This document shows, one piece after another, positions 41,446 through 50,876 of a DNA stretch of 57,668 bases (its first letter is position 1; each line of letters starts with the position of its first letter). The notes under the pieces were generated by a model that saw only the letters and a list, made by a program, of their open reading frames with translations, made no database searches and was not told the DNA's origin. The stretch lies in NCBI GenBank assembly GCA_036826335.1, contig DAISWP010000002.1, positions 33,583 through 91,250 on the forward strand, in the 5' to 3' direction. Source of the DNA: Candidatus Saccharimonadota bacterium. GTDB lineage: Bacteria > Patescibacteriota > Saccharimonadia > Saccharimonadales > AWTP1-31. The translations under genes and the position numbers were made by a program.

Positions 41446-42685
41446 GATCCAAAACTTTCTTTAGGCCCTTTACATAGCCCTTTATCAGAACATCGTGCTC
41501 GGCTTGAGTCCAAGTCGGAAGTTTCACAACTGTACTATAAAAAGTGTTTGCACCCTGGAAACTCTCATCAACATTAAACTGCTTGCCGGCAGTATAGAAA
41601 TGAGGGAAGAGCACACTTGGCTCTTGAAAAATTGGCAATAAATGATTTGGCCCAGTTGACCCGGGGATATCCACTTCAATTAGACCCTCCTCGTGCAGCA
41701 GAGCGACGAGCTTCTGTCTTGTTATTTTTGATGTCTTTGGCTGTACATACTTAAATACATACGCATACCAACTTGGCTTAGTATCTGCATGTGGGATGCG
41801 TTCAATGAATGGGTACTTCGCCAGTAGCTCATCATAGTCTTTGGCGCACCGATCCCTCATGCGTTGATAGTTTTGATGTTTTTTGAGTTGTGTGTCTGCA
41901 AATGCAACTGCGAGAGGGTGTGATCTCATTTTTAAACCCATGCCGGTCACTGCAAAACGATAGAGTGGATGCGTGACCGGAATTTCGTCTTTACATCGTT
42001 TATTATAATGCCCGAGTAGATTTGCTCTTATGTAAATGTCCTGATCATTCGTTAAGAGTATGCCCCCTTCACCGCCCGTTATATTTTTCTGGCCCTGTAG
42101 ACTCCACGCCGCCGCATCTCCAAAGCTACCTACGCGCTTGTTCTTGTATTCTGCCAAGTGAGCGTGAGAGCAATCTTCAAATAATAACAAGTTGTGCTTT
42201 TTTGCAATTTCTACAATGCGATCCATGTCGCATGGGTAACCCCACATATGCGTGATGATAACTGCTTTTGTTTTGCTATTTATACGATGCTCTATGTCTT
42301 CTGGATTAATGTTGCCATTCTCGTCAGCGTCACAAAAGACGGGAACAAGACCCGACGAGAGCAACGGTGTGTTTGTTGCAAAAAAAGTGTAAGTCGGGCA
42401 AAGAACTTCGTCTCCTGGTTGTAAGCCCGCACCAACGAACATGGCCCAGATTGAATTAGTCCCAGAGTTATTAAGAAGCGCGTATTTCCTTCCATGAATT
42501 TCCGCAAATGCGTTCTCGAACTCCTCAATTATCCCCGACCTGTTGTATATCGATATGCTCTCATGCAACTGTTTATTAACAGCCGCTTCGTAGTCTGCAT
42601 CAATAACCGGCCACGAGGGGTGCTTTGTTGTTGCAGAGATTGCGGGCTCACCCCCCAAACTAACTATTTTATCGGCACTACTCAT
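41426..42685 (-). CDS. DegT/DnrJ/EryC1/StrS-family PLP aminotransferase
   Basis: 419 aa. WSLQGQKNITGGEGG (PLP-Lys region) and NSGTNSIW motifs. Confidence 0.85.
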   Translation of the reverse strand: MSSADKIVSLGGEPAISATTKHPSWPVIDADYEAAVNKQLHESISIYNRSGIIEEFENAFAEIHGRKYALLNNSGTNSIWAMFVGAGLQPGDEVLCPTYTFFATNTPLLSSGLVPVFCDADENGNINPEDIEHRINSKTKAVIITHMWGYPCDMDRIVEIAKKHNLLLFEDCSHAHLAEYKNKRVGSFGDAAAWSLQGQKNITGGEGGILLTNDQDIYIRANLLGHYNKRCKDEIPVTHPLYRFAVTGMGLKMRSHPLAVAFADTQLKKHQNYQRMRDRCAKDYDELLAKYPFIERIPHADTKPSWYAYVFKYVQPKTSKITRQKLVALLHEEGLIEVDIPGSTGPNHLLPIFQEPSVLFPHFYTAGKQFNVDESFQGANTFYSTVVKLPTWTQAEHDVLIKGYVKGLKKVLDHVQSSC

Positions 42686-42703
42686 CTCGGTCCTCCCTGT
42701 TGG

Positions 42704-43720
42704 TTAGCGTAAATAATCCTTGTAGGCTTTGTCTTGGCGGGGCAATACCGTCCTGCTCTTGGCGTCTGAGCAGTAAATTGCATCTATAAAGATCATGTCT
42801 TTTAAATGATCCTCGTGGTTACCTGTGTAGTCACCGGCAGTAATTGACGCGATAAATGAATCAAACTGCAATTGCACATCTTGGCCATTTGCTTTTACAA
42901 AGGTGCTCTCTTGTAGTTCTCGATTGATATCGTACAGATCGATTTTGTTCTTATAAATTTTAATTGCACCATTAACGCCGTATATAAATAAACCTTCGTC
43001 CTTCTGGGGATATATGCGCGAAATAAGCAAGCTACCAAGGATACGTCTCTTGCCCTTGTCATAGGAGAATTGTATCTTGGCCGTGTCTTCGACATCGTAC
43101 GTTTGTGACAAACGGTTATGATAGCCGAGGTCGGCACTAATCCGGTCAGGAACACCGAAATACCAGACGACTAAGTCAATGAGGTGGTATCCCATGTCAA
43201 GTACTGCCCCGCCGCCGGCTATTTCTTTCTTGCTTCTCCAGCCCTCATCCAGCCGATCAATATTAAGTGTATATTCTCCATGAATCGAAAACACATCTCC
43301 AATATACTTCGCATACTCAAGATATGTCTGATACACACGGCTGTGCTTACGCTGAACCGATACTATTAAATTGACTTTTTTCTTCTTTGCTATATTTGAT
43401 AATTCCCACGCCTCAGAAAGCGTAATGGCAAGTGGCTTTTCCTTAAATACATGCACCCCCTTCTGTAGTAGTTTGCATGTTATCTCAAAGTGCTGATTAT
43501 GCGGCACCGCCACAACGGCAGCATCAAGCTCTGCACCATCAATGAGCTCATCGACTGAATAGTAGCATGCAACCCCTAACGATTTCGCCCACTGTTTCGC
43601 CAACGCTTTGCTGGTATCACAGACCGCCACTATCTCCACATTCTCGCTCTTTAACGCCGCAACTAAATGGTCTTCTGTGTTTTGCTTACCTAGTCCTATG
43701 AAAGCGACACGTTTTTTCAC
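42704..43720 (-). CDS. Gfo/Idh/MocA-family NAD(P)-dependent oxidoreductase
   Basis: N-terminal Rossmann motif VAFIGLGKQ and an EKPLA motif. Confidence 0.85.
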   Translation of the reverse strand: MKKRVAFIGLGKQNTEDHLVAALKSENVEIVAVCDTSKALAKQWAKSLGVACYYSVDELIDGAELDAAVVAVPHNQHFEITCKLLQKGVHVFKEKPLAITLSEAWELSNIAKKKKVNLIVSVQRKHSRVYQTYLEYAKYIGDVFSIHGEYTLNIDRLDEGWRSKKEIAGGGAVLDMGYHLIDLVVWYFGVPDRISADLGYHNRLSQTYDVEDTAKIQFSYDKGKRRILGSLLISRIYPQKDEGLFIYGVNGAIKIYKNKIDLYDINRELQESTFVKANGQDVQLQFDSFIASITAGDYTGNHEDHLKDMIFIDAIYCSDAKSRTVLPRQDKAYKDYLR

Positions 43721-43722
43721 AG

Positions 43723-44286
43723 CTACATCGGCCCGGTTTCTTGCTCACCGGGCGCATCCGTGCCATAAAGCGCAGCAACTGCCGACTGGTCAACTGCAAC
43801 AATTTCTATTGAACAACGCGCATCTACAATATCGGTTTCAAGTGTATCTCCTGCTTTTCTGCCGAGAAGCGCATGACCGATTGGGGATTGGTATGTAACT
43901 TGCTCAACATCCTCCTCGGCAAACTCACTATCCAGATAGCCAACGACATCAACAGTAAATGGGTCATCCTGATTAATTCTCAAGGTTACTCGAGAACCAA
44001 GAACAGCCTCTTCGGAATCTTCATCTGGGTAGTCGACGAACACATGCCTCTCGAATATCTTGCGCAAGGGCTTGGCACGACGCATCAAGACCTCTTGGTC
44101 TGAGACAACAATCTCTGCCGGGGCATTATCATGGTCAGTTTCCGAAGATTGTGCCATTGCCTCCCCCAATAGCTGTCCATGTTCAGCCTGTTTCATAGCA
44201 AGAACCGCAAAATCGCGCTCAACAAGACTTATCTCGTGCGGTAGAAGGAAGTGCTCCTGTCTTTTGCTTGGGCCAAGTATACTCAT
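43723..44286 (-). CDS. GreA/GreB-family (Rnk-like) protein
   Basis: The C-terminal domain VLGSRVTL...VVGYLDSEFAEEDVEQVTYQSPIGHALLGRKAGDTLE matches the Gre C-terminal fold. The N-terminus is a divergent coiled-coil. Confidence 0.7.
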   Translation of the reverse strand: MSILGPSKRQEHFLLPHEISLVERDFAVLAMKQAEHGQLLGEAMAQSSETDHDNAPAEIVVSDQEVLMRRAKPLRKIFERHVFVDYPDEDSEEAVLGSRVTLRINQDDPFTVDVVGYLDSEFAEEDVEQVTYQSPIGHALLGRKAGDTLETDIVDARCSIEIVAVDQSAVAALYGTDAPGEQETGPM

Positions 44287-44377
44287 AGATGTTAATTTAT
44301 AATACTATAAAACGTTTTTGTCAATTTTACTTTACGCTTCTGACTAGACATCCTGCACTCATCGTTACTATGGACTA

Positions 44378-44920
44378 CTAGAAATATCTACGTTGTGCGC
44401 GGGCAACAATAGAGCCATTGGCCGAATCTATATCATGCAAATCGTATACTGGAGCATCTATACCGAACAGTACGAGAGCAATCTTGCCGTCTTTCGAATA
44501 TCGAAGTGTGCCCATATCCACATCATGCCATGCGGCTTGTTCTGCGGACATCGCCAGTGCGTATGGAGTTATGCTGCCACCGCCTTGCCTATCAAGTTGT
44601 GTCAGCATAACCAGACCAGCGTCAAGTATAACATCGGACACGCCGTCCACGGCCTGCTTTGCAGATGGGGCAACTTCGAGACGAGTTTTATCTAGTCGTG
44701 TAGCAACAACGTGATCAAATGCAGCAAACCTGTCATCAATCGTTACGATGCCTGCCCCTGTCGGCATTCTGCCATTCTGTATCGACAAAGCAGCATCCTG
44801 CGGGGCAAGACCTCCATAGTGCACATCGGCAATTATGTCTTGTCCGTGAGCAACAGGAAAAGGCAAATAAGCCTCATGTAAAGCTTCTGGGGACATACCA
44901 ACGGGACCATTAATTGTCAT
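44378..44920 (-). CDS. Hypothetical protein
   Basis: ATG 44920 is preceded by AAGGAG at 9 nt. The ORF-track TTG start at 44938 is less likely. No recognisable domain. Confidence 0.55.
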   Translation of the reverse strand: MTINGPVGMSPEALHEAYLPFPVAHGQDIIADVHYGGLAPQDAALSIQNGRMPTGAGIVTIDDRFAAFDHVVATRLDKTRLEVAPSAKQAVDGVSDVILDAGLVMLTQLDRQGGGSITPYALAMSAEQAAWHDVDMGTLRYSKDGKIALVLFGIDAPVYDLHDIDSANGSIVARAQRRYF

Positions 44921-45056
44921 TCCTGCAAACTCCTTCAAAAATAAAAAGATTGCCGGTTACGGTAATCTATAATCTTATACATTAGCATTATTTTTATTCT
45001 ATGTCAATATGCATGGCCACTATCATGTTGCTGTCCGGGCACTTTACGCGAAACGA

Positions 45057-45761
45057 TTATATGGACTGGTTATCTATTTGAGCCCAGAACGCATTGGCCC
45101 AGTTTTTATAACTCAGGTTATTGGGATGGAACAGATCTGGCGCAAAACCAAAAATACTTGCGTGTTCTGTAGTTTGTTTTTGTAAGTCAATAAAGTGTAG
45201 CTTCGGGTAATGCGCTAATTCTTCCTCAATTATCGTACTAGCTTCTTTGCCGGCGGAAGTGCGCCCAGGACGACTATTAAAAAGGGGCATGTTCGAAACA
45301 AATGCGCCATCTGGTAGCGATGCGAGCACCTGTCTAAACGAGCTGCGAAAAGTCTTAGCGTTAAATTGCACCATGTCATTTGCACCAATCTCTATGGTTA
45401 CGATGTCTGCAGGAATAGATCGCGCACTACTCGCCTGCTCCCGCAGGTAATCCTCCATCTTCGCACCAGACTTACTTACATTGATGGTCCGGACTTTCTT
45501 CCCTGTTTTCTTCTCTAATCGAGAAGCAACGATACCAACGTAGCCCCTGGCCGGGCTCGTGGCGCCTATACCCTGTGCTGCCGAATCGCCCAACGCCAGA
45601 TAGGTTATTTCTCCTGGTCTTTTGGCGGCTTCCAGCCAGTACTTTTTAAAGTGGCCAATACTCGTTACTAGCCAAATCAGTGCAAAAACCTCTATCAAAA
45701 ACAGCGAGCCCACTATCATCAGTACCATGCTTAACTTCTTCTTTCGTTTACTCTTTTCCAT
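45057..45761 (-). CDS. SGNH/GDSL hydrolase, membrane-anchored
   Basis: N-terminal TM segment with LALGDSAAQG (block I) and DLFHPN (block V). Confidence 0.8.
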   Translation of the reverse strand: MEKSKRKKKLSMVLMIVGSLFLIEVFALIWLVTSIGHFKKYWLEAAKRPGEITYLALGDSAAQGIGATSPARGYVGIVASRLEKKTGKKVRTINVSKSGAKMEDYLREQASSARSIPADIVTIEIGANDMVQFNAKTFRSSFRQVLASLPDGAFVSNMPLFNSRPGRTSAGKEASTIIEEELAHYPKLHFIDLQKQTTEHASIFGFAPDLFHPNNLSYKNWANAFWAQIDNQSI

Positions 45762-45814
45762 ACCTATAACTAACGATACACGTAAGTACCAGCAACTACT
45801 AACGCGCCTATACG

Positions 45815-46597
45815 TTAGCCCTCAATAGGGTCGCGGGATATGCAGCCAGGGATTAGAACTTTTGACTCGTCATAAATACTGTTGTCACCGCGGTATTCTT
45901 CCCATGATTTTTGTAAAGCGGTTATCTTGTTCAGGGTACTGTCTTTTATTGAGTCGTCCAGATAATCAAACGGGCAAAGATGGTTTGGTGGATTTCCACC
46001 TTTTAGAACCCCAATCTCTACCAAGCCCATGCCTGCGTAATTTTTTGTATCATAGTTACTGACTTCCGCCACAACATCGCCAGCTTTAACTTTGTCACCC
46101 TTTTTAACTTTAACGTTAATCACATGTTCTGTCTCAAAAATTAACTCACTACCCTCCCCCTTAACCATAACGCTGTAATCGTTACTATAGAGCTTCGGTA
46201 CATCGAACACTTCGCCGTCGATCAACGAGTGCACCTTTGTACCGAGGGGTAAAATAAAGGTGGGCTGTGGGTTCTTTTTCGCAGGTCCTGCTGAGTTGGC
46301 AGGAACTTCAAATCCGTAATCAAAGAACACACGATTAAATTCTAGTTTTTCTTTGGTAAATACAAAGTCCCCTGCTTTGTTGGTTGTCGCATCGTATTCC
46401 TCCAGAATAACCCCTAGGTGCTTTATCTTAACTTCACTTTTTTTTGCGACCACCGGGGAGTTTGACGAGGTAATTTTGGTGTCCTTATTTTTACCCACGA
46501 CAAAGAAGCCCACGCCAGCTATCGCTGCAATGATAACGATGATAATAAGCATTTCGACCAGTGCAAATCCGAGTTGTTTTTGTTTTGTTGTTTTCAT
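45815..46597 (-). CDS. Type IV pilin-like protein (prepilin cleavage/methylation N-terminus) with a large C-terminal beta-rich domain
   Basis: LG|FALVEMLIIIVIIAAIAG has Glu at +5. The C-terminal region GTKVHSLIDGEV...VKVKKGDKVKAGDVVAEV resembles an M23/LytM-like barrel but lacks the HxH motif. TACAAT sits 6 nt upstream of the ATG. Confidence 0.7.
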   Translation of the reverse strand: MKTTKQKQLGFALVEMLIIIVIIAAIAGVGFFVVGKNKDTKITSSNSPVVAKKSEVKIKHLGVILEEYDATTNKAGDFVFTKEKLEFNRVFFDYGFEVPANSAGPAKKNPQPTFILPLGTKVHSLIDGEVFDVPKLYSNDYSVMVKGEGSELIFETEHVINVKVKKGDKVKAGDVVAEVSNYDTKNYAGMGLVEIGVLKGGNPPNHLCPFDYLDDSIKDSTLNKITALQKSWEEYRGDNSIYDESKVLIPGCISRDPIEG

Positions 46598-46733
46598 GAT
46601 GTCATTGTAAAGTGCTTATGTAAAAAATACAATCTGTTATGCAGGTTTCTGCTACTTCGACAATCAGTTAGCGGACTGGCTTATGCCCGCAAAGTGTTGT
46701 TGAAGCTTAGAAATCGAAAAGTAACAACTACGG

Positions 46734-47687
46734 CTAGAGCACAAGCTTGGCGCTCTTCACAAAACCACCAATTTCTTTATCGAAGTCACCGCAATAGATC
46801 CGGTAGCTCTTCGAGTCAAGTTTTACCAGGTTAGGGTCGTTACAGTCCAACCCCGTCTCTTTATAGTCACCGAATGTCAGGCCATCTGTTGATGTGGACG
46901 TGACAAGTTTTTTTGTGTCATTAATAAAGTAATAGAGCAGGAGCGTCCCGTCATCTGCCAGCCGTACATCTGGGTGCTCACCAGAAGTGGCAACCTTGCC
47001 TCCACCAATTCGATACCCATCTTCAAGAGCCCAATTCATAAGATCTGACGACGTGGCACTGTATATGTAATGAGGTTTTACACCTTCGCCCGGTCTTGGC
47101 AAATCAGAGAAATAAACATGCCATTTTCCGTCCTTGAGCTTAACAGGCGTTGAGATGCCTGATATATCTTTGACTCCTGTTGGTGCCAGTATCCTTTTCC
47201 CTCCCTCTTTAGCAAACGTCAGGCCATCGCTACTAATCGCTGAGCCGATGCCGCCCCCGTCAATGAAGTACAAACGGAATCGTCCATCATCCAACCGCAT
47301 GATTCTGGGCATACCTGCCCCATCCCCTAGGCGCGCGCCTGCCTCGGCTGTAAATTCCAAGCCATCCTTACTCGTTGCACTAACTATTCCCTTTTTTTGT
47401 GCGAATGCATATATGCGCCAGCTTCCGTTGTCGAGCTTAATAGCCGAAACGTCTGCAACCGGCAACCCTGCTTGTACTCCAAATAAACTTGGCTGCAGTC
47501 GAACACCAGGCTCAAATTCAAGACCAGCAGCGTTGGGGCTTTGGGCTGGCCCAACCTTTGGTGATTTTTGTGGTGGTGTATTTTCTTGATTTTTAACTCG
47601 TGTGAATGCTAAAACCCCGACACCCCCGATTATCAAAAACAGAGCGAGTAGCAATAGATAATGCGTGAAGCCATTTTCGTTTTTCAT
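46734..47687 (-). CDS. Membrane-anchored five-bladed beta-propeller protein (glycoside-hydrolase-like fold)
   Basis: Five repeats of the D(G/D)xW/F-h-h-Y/F type (KLDNGSWRIYAF, RLDDGRFRLYFI, KLKDGKWHVYFS, LADDGTLLLYYF, KLDSKSYRIYCG). TATACT sits 6 nt upstream of the ATG. Confidence 0.65.
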   Translation of the reverse strand: MKNENGFTHYLLLLALFLIIGGVGVLAFTRVKNQENTPPQKSPKVGPAQSPNAAGLEFEPGVRLQPSLFGVQAGLPVADVSAIKLDNGSWRIYAFAQKKGIVSATSKDGLEFTAEAGARLGDGAGMPRIMRLDDGRFRLYFIDGGGIGSAISSDGLTFAKEGGKRILAPTGVKDISGISTPVKLKDGKWHVYFSDLPRPGEGVKPHYIYSATSSDLMNWALEDGYRIGGGKVATSGEHPDVRLADDGTLLLYYFINDTKKLVTSTSTDGLTFGDYKETGLDCNDPNLVKLDSKSYRIYCGDFDKEIGGFVKSAKLVL

Positions 47688-47968
47688 ACGTACAGTATAT
47701 TTCGTTTATGGTTAAGCAACAACCACTATTAATTTGACATAGGGGCATAACAAAATAATGCCACTTTACTCTGGGATCTATCACTTTTAGCGTCTGTCTA
47801 CTCAGACACGGACTTGATTACTCTAATGGGCGATGCACATGGGCCTGGGATGAAATGACTCGTGCGTTCTTCTGCAGCCCGGGCGCGATTTTGCATGGGG
47901 TCTTCCTCCCAATAATATTGTTTGCGTTCCCGCTGCTGCACATCGGCCAACCGCAAAGGGCTGGTTAT

Positions 47969-48601
47969 CTACTGGTCCTCGGAGCGTAGTAGGTTCTGTA
48001 ATTTTGGCATAACTAAATCTGCTATTAACTGATGTCCCTCGTCGTTAGGGTGCAAACTATCTGGCAAAAGTTCGCTTTCGGTTTCTGCTTTTGAAAATGG
48101 CTCAAATACCTCCACGTACGGCACCTGAACGTCTTCGCAGAACTGGCGAAGAGTATCATCAAATTCTTTAATGCGACCATTTGTATAACCTGAATCACCC
48201 CATGAAACTGGATTAGAGCGCTCTTGAACACAGGGAGTTAAGCCGACAAATAGAACTTTGTTTGAATGCTTGTTTGCAGCCTTTAATATCTCGACGAGAT
48301 TTTGTTTATAACGATTAGTGTCTGAGTAATTTATACCGGCTTTTGTGCGTGCATCATTTACACCGATAGCAAAAACAAAAGCTAGCTCGTCGTTGGCACG
48401 AACTTTTGTTTCATTATTAAACCGAGCAAGTACGTCGTCACTGCTGTCACCCGAAACTCCCATATTGAAAATGGCAGGTTGGTCATAACCATCCGTCTCA
48501 ATGGCTTTTTGGTCGTATGCCCTGCGTATTCTGCTAACCCAGCCACCCTCAACATCCCAAAAGCCCTGTGTGATGCTGTCGCCAAAAACTAAAACTCTCA
48601 T
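47969..48601 (-). CDS. SGNH/GDSL hydrolase
   Basis: MRVLVFGDSITQG (block I), GVND and DSLHPN motifs. ATG 48601 overlaps the upstream stop (ATGA). Confidence 0.85.
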   Translation of the reverse strand: MRVLVFGDSITQGFWDVEGGWVSRIRRAYDQKAIETDGYDQPAIFNMGVSGDSSDDVLARFNNETKVRANDELAFVFAIGVNDARTKAGINYSDTNRYKQNLVEILKAANKHSNKVLFVGLTPCVQERSNPVSWGDSGYTNGRIKEFDDTLRQFCEDVQVPYVEVFEPFSKAETESELLPDSLHPNDEGHQLIADLVMPKLQNLLRSEDQ

Positions 48602-49305
48602 TTCTCCAACCATTCTGCTATTTTGTTTTGATATTCTTCAAGTTGTTGCTGCGTAAATTCGCTCTTCCCTAAGCCGTGTACAAATCCTTTCGCTTCCCAG
48701 CTCTCCGCCTTAAAAGCCTTGATATACGGGTCGGTACTAGTTTTCGGGCAGGCTTCATCAAGCTCGTGAGTTAAAACATATGTTTTTCCCTTGAAATTAA
48801 CACCTGCCGCCAGTACGGGGTGGTTCTCGAAGTTCTTTGGGTCGGCTCTGTATTCATTCCTAATTTGCTCTCTATCAAGCTTTCTCCACGGCGTATAGAG
48901 ATCTTTGGGGTCGTAGTTAGCAGGAACTCTCAGGATTAATTTTTTAATCTCTCTAACACCCGCAAGCATTGCAGCAAAGAAGCCACCATAGCTTGTACCC
49001 ATGACACTAATAGTTTTGCCTGGGTGGTGTTCTTTAATCCAATCGTATGCTCTCACTACTTCTGAAAAGTTTTCAGAGATCGTAATATCTTGAATATCAA
49101 ACGGACTTTCGCCGTGACCAGAATAGTCAAGGACTAAAGCCGAATAACCTGACTTAGCGACAATAGCCGACACGAGTTCTTTATAATTTGATTTGCTCGA
49201 AGTATACCCAACGAGCACTAGTAGGACATTTTTATTACTTTCTGCCCCGTCGTACCAGTCTGCAGCTACTTCATAACCAATGCAAGGAATGGATAAATGT
49301 TTCAT
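48598..49305 (-). CDS. Alpha/beta hydrolase (dienelactone hydrolase/S9-like)
   Basis: GTSYGG nucleophile elbow. An extended -10 box (TGgTAGAAT) ends 6 nt upstream of the ATG. Confidence 0.8.
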   Translation of the reverse strand: MKHLSIPCIGYEVAADWYDGAESNKNVLLVLVGYTSSKSNYKELVSAIVAKSGYSALVLDYSGHGESPFDIQDITISENFSEVVRAYDWIKEHHPGKTISVMGTSYGGFFAAMLAGVREIKKLILRVPANYDPKDLYTPWRKLDREQIRNEYRADPKNFENHPVLAAGVNFKGKTYVLTHELDEACPKTSTDPYIKAFKAESWEAKGFVHGLGKSEFTQQQLEEYQNKIAEWLEK

Positions 49306-49369
49306 GCGTTTATTCTACCAATTAAAGAGCTAGGGCGTAATCACGAAGTCGGCTCATCTGCCGCACTCA

Positions 49370-49981
49370 TTACAACTCCGCAACTACCCGAGCAGGTGCA
49401 GCATGAAGCTCTAGCTTAACGGGGAGGGCGTATAAGCGAAACCGTTTGCCCACTACCGTTTTTAAGTTAACAAGGTTTTCAATCAGCAAGATATCGTTAT
49501 CGAGCAAGGCTTTATGTATTGGGTAGGGCTCTTCATGGTCAAAGCTAATCATGTCAACACCGACCAATTTGACACCCTTTTCAACAAGGAGTTTCGCTAA
49601 GTTCAGATCTATAGCTGGATAATCTGTAGCATATGATTGCTGTGTGTAATCATCGCCTCTAGCCGTATAGAACAAAACTGCATCATTTGGCTGAACATCT
49701 ATGCCGTTGAGCAGATCAGCAGTTAGTACAGCTTGACCTCTTGCATCAATACAGGTAGCTTCGCAGACAAACCTATCAATCGGATAATCGGACAAAAGAC
49801 GCCCTTTCTTGAGCATGTGGTCTGGGGCATCTATATGCGTCCCTAGGTGGTTATTCATATGGACAACATGGTCTACAAAGCCAACCGTTTCAAGTGTCCC
49901 TGCTTGCTCAAATACTGGCTTAGCATCCCCCGGGAATACAACAGTACCTTCGTTTACTGGCATTGATAAGTCAATAATCAT
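49370..49981 (-). CDS. Cyclase-family protein (kynurenine formamidase-like)
   Basis: HLGTHIDAPDH motif. TGcTATAGT ends 6 nt upstream of the ATG. Confidence 0.8.
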   Translation of the reverse strand: MIIDLSMPVNEGTVVFPGDAKPVFEQAGTLETVGFVDHVVHMNNHLGTHIDAPDHMLKKGRLLSDYPIDRFVCEATCIDARGQAVLTADLLNGIDVQPNDAVLFYTARGDDYTQQSYATDYPAIDLNLAKLLVEKGVKLVGVDMISFDHEEPYPIHKALLDNDILLIENLVNLKTVVGKRFRLYALPVKLELHAAPARVVAEL

Positions 49982-50066
49982 GGCCCTACTATAGCAAAAA
50001 GCGCAGAAAGACCTTATTTTATTGAGTTCATATTGCTTAGGTTTGGTGCAATACTTTAAGTCGGTC

Positions 50067-50828
50067 TTAGGATTGCTGAGATATGAGCATCTCTTCTATG
50101 ATCTTCGCGAGACCATCATCTTCGACCGCTTCACAAACAACATCAGCTTGTGATTTCAGTAAGTCAGTGGCATTGCCCATTGCCACTTTCAGGCCTACGG
50201 ATTTAAATAAGTGTACGTCGTTATTGGCATCGCCCACACCTATAACTTGGTCCTTAGCCACTCCAATCATTTCAAGCAGCTTAGCAATTGCATGCTCTTT
50301 TGTCGCTTCTTTATGAGTAATGTGGATATCGATATCTTTACCCGTCCACGAAGTTACGCCCGATGCACTTATAGTAGACACCTTGGCTAAGGCCTCCAGG
50401 ATCTTAGTGGCGTCTAGTTCACTACACTGCATAAGATACATGACATTAACCGGTTCAGTTACTCTCCTCTTTTTCGCTGTAGTGCCCTTACCTACAAGTT
50501 CATTGCGTATTAACAATTCGTAGGGGTATGGTCCACATATCTCCAGCACGCGTTGTACATCGTCTGGCTCTATGTCACATTCCCAGAGTATCTCTCCTGT
50601 ACGAGGATCTACAATTTCTGTCCCTGCCGATATGACACAAGGGTCTACTAAGCCGAGTGCGTCCAGAATTCTTTGAGCGCTGCTGATAGGACGACCGGTT
50701 GCAGCGCACAGTTTAAATGATGCTTCAGCTGCCCTAATCGTCTTTATCAATCGCTCAGAAGGAAGCACGTCTTGAGCATTGATAATTGCAGTGCCGTCTA
50801 GATCAAAGACGATGGCTTGGTACTTCAT
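50067..50828 (-). CDS. HAD-family Cof-type phosphatase
   Basis: IVFDLDGTAI motif I and GVGDANNDVHLF motif IV. TGcTATGAT ends 6 nt upstream of the ATG. Confidence 0.85.
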   Translation of the reverse strand: MKYQAIVFDLDGTAIINAQDVLPSERLIKTIRAAEASFKLCAATGRPISSAQRILDALGLVDPCVISAGTEIVDPRTGEILWECDIEPDDVQRVLEICGPYPYELLIRNELVGKGTTAKKRRVTEPVNVMYLMQCSELDATKILEALAKVSTISASGVTSWTGKDIDIHITHKEATKEHAIAKLLEMIGVAKDQVIGVGDANNDVHLFKSVGLKVAMGNATDLLKSQADVVCEAVEDDGLAKIIEEMLISQQS

Positions 50829-50876
50829 CTGGTAATCATAGCAGATAAACCGGGAAAGAAAATTAACCAGTAACTT

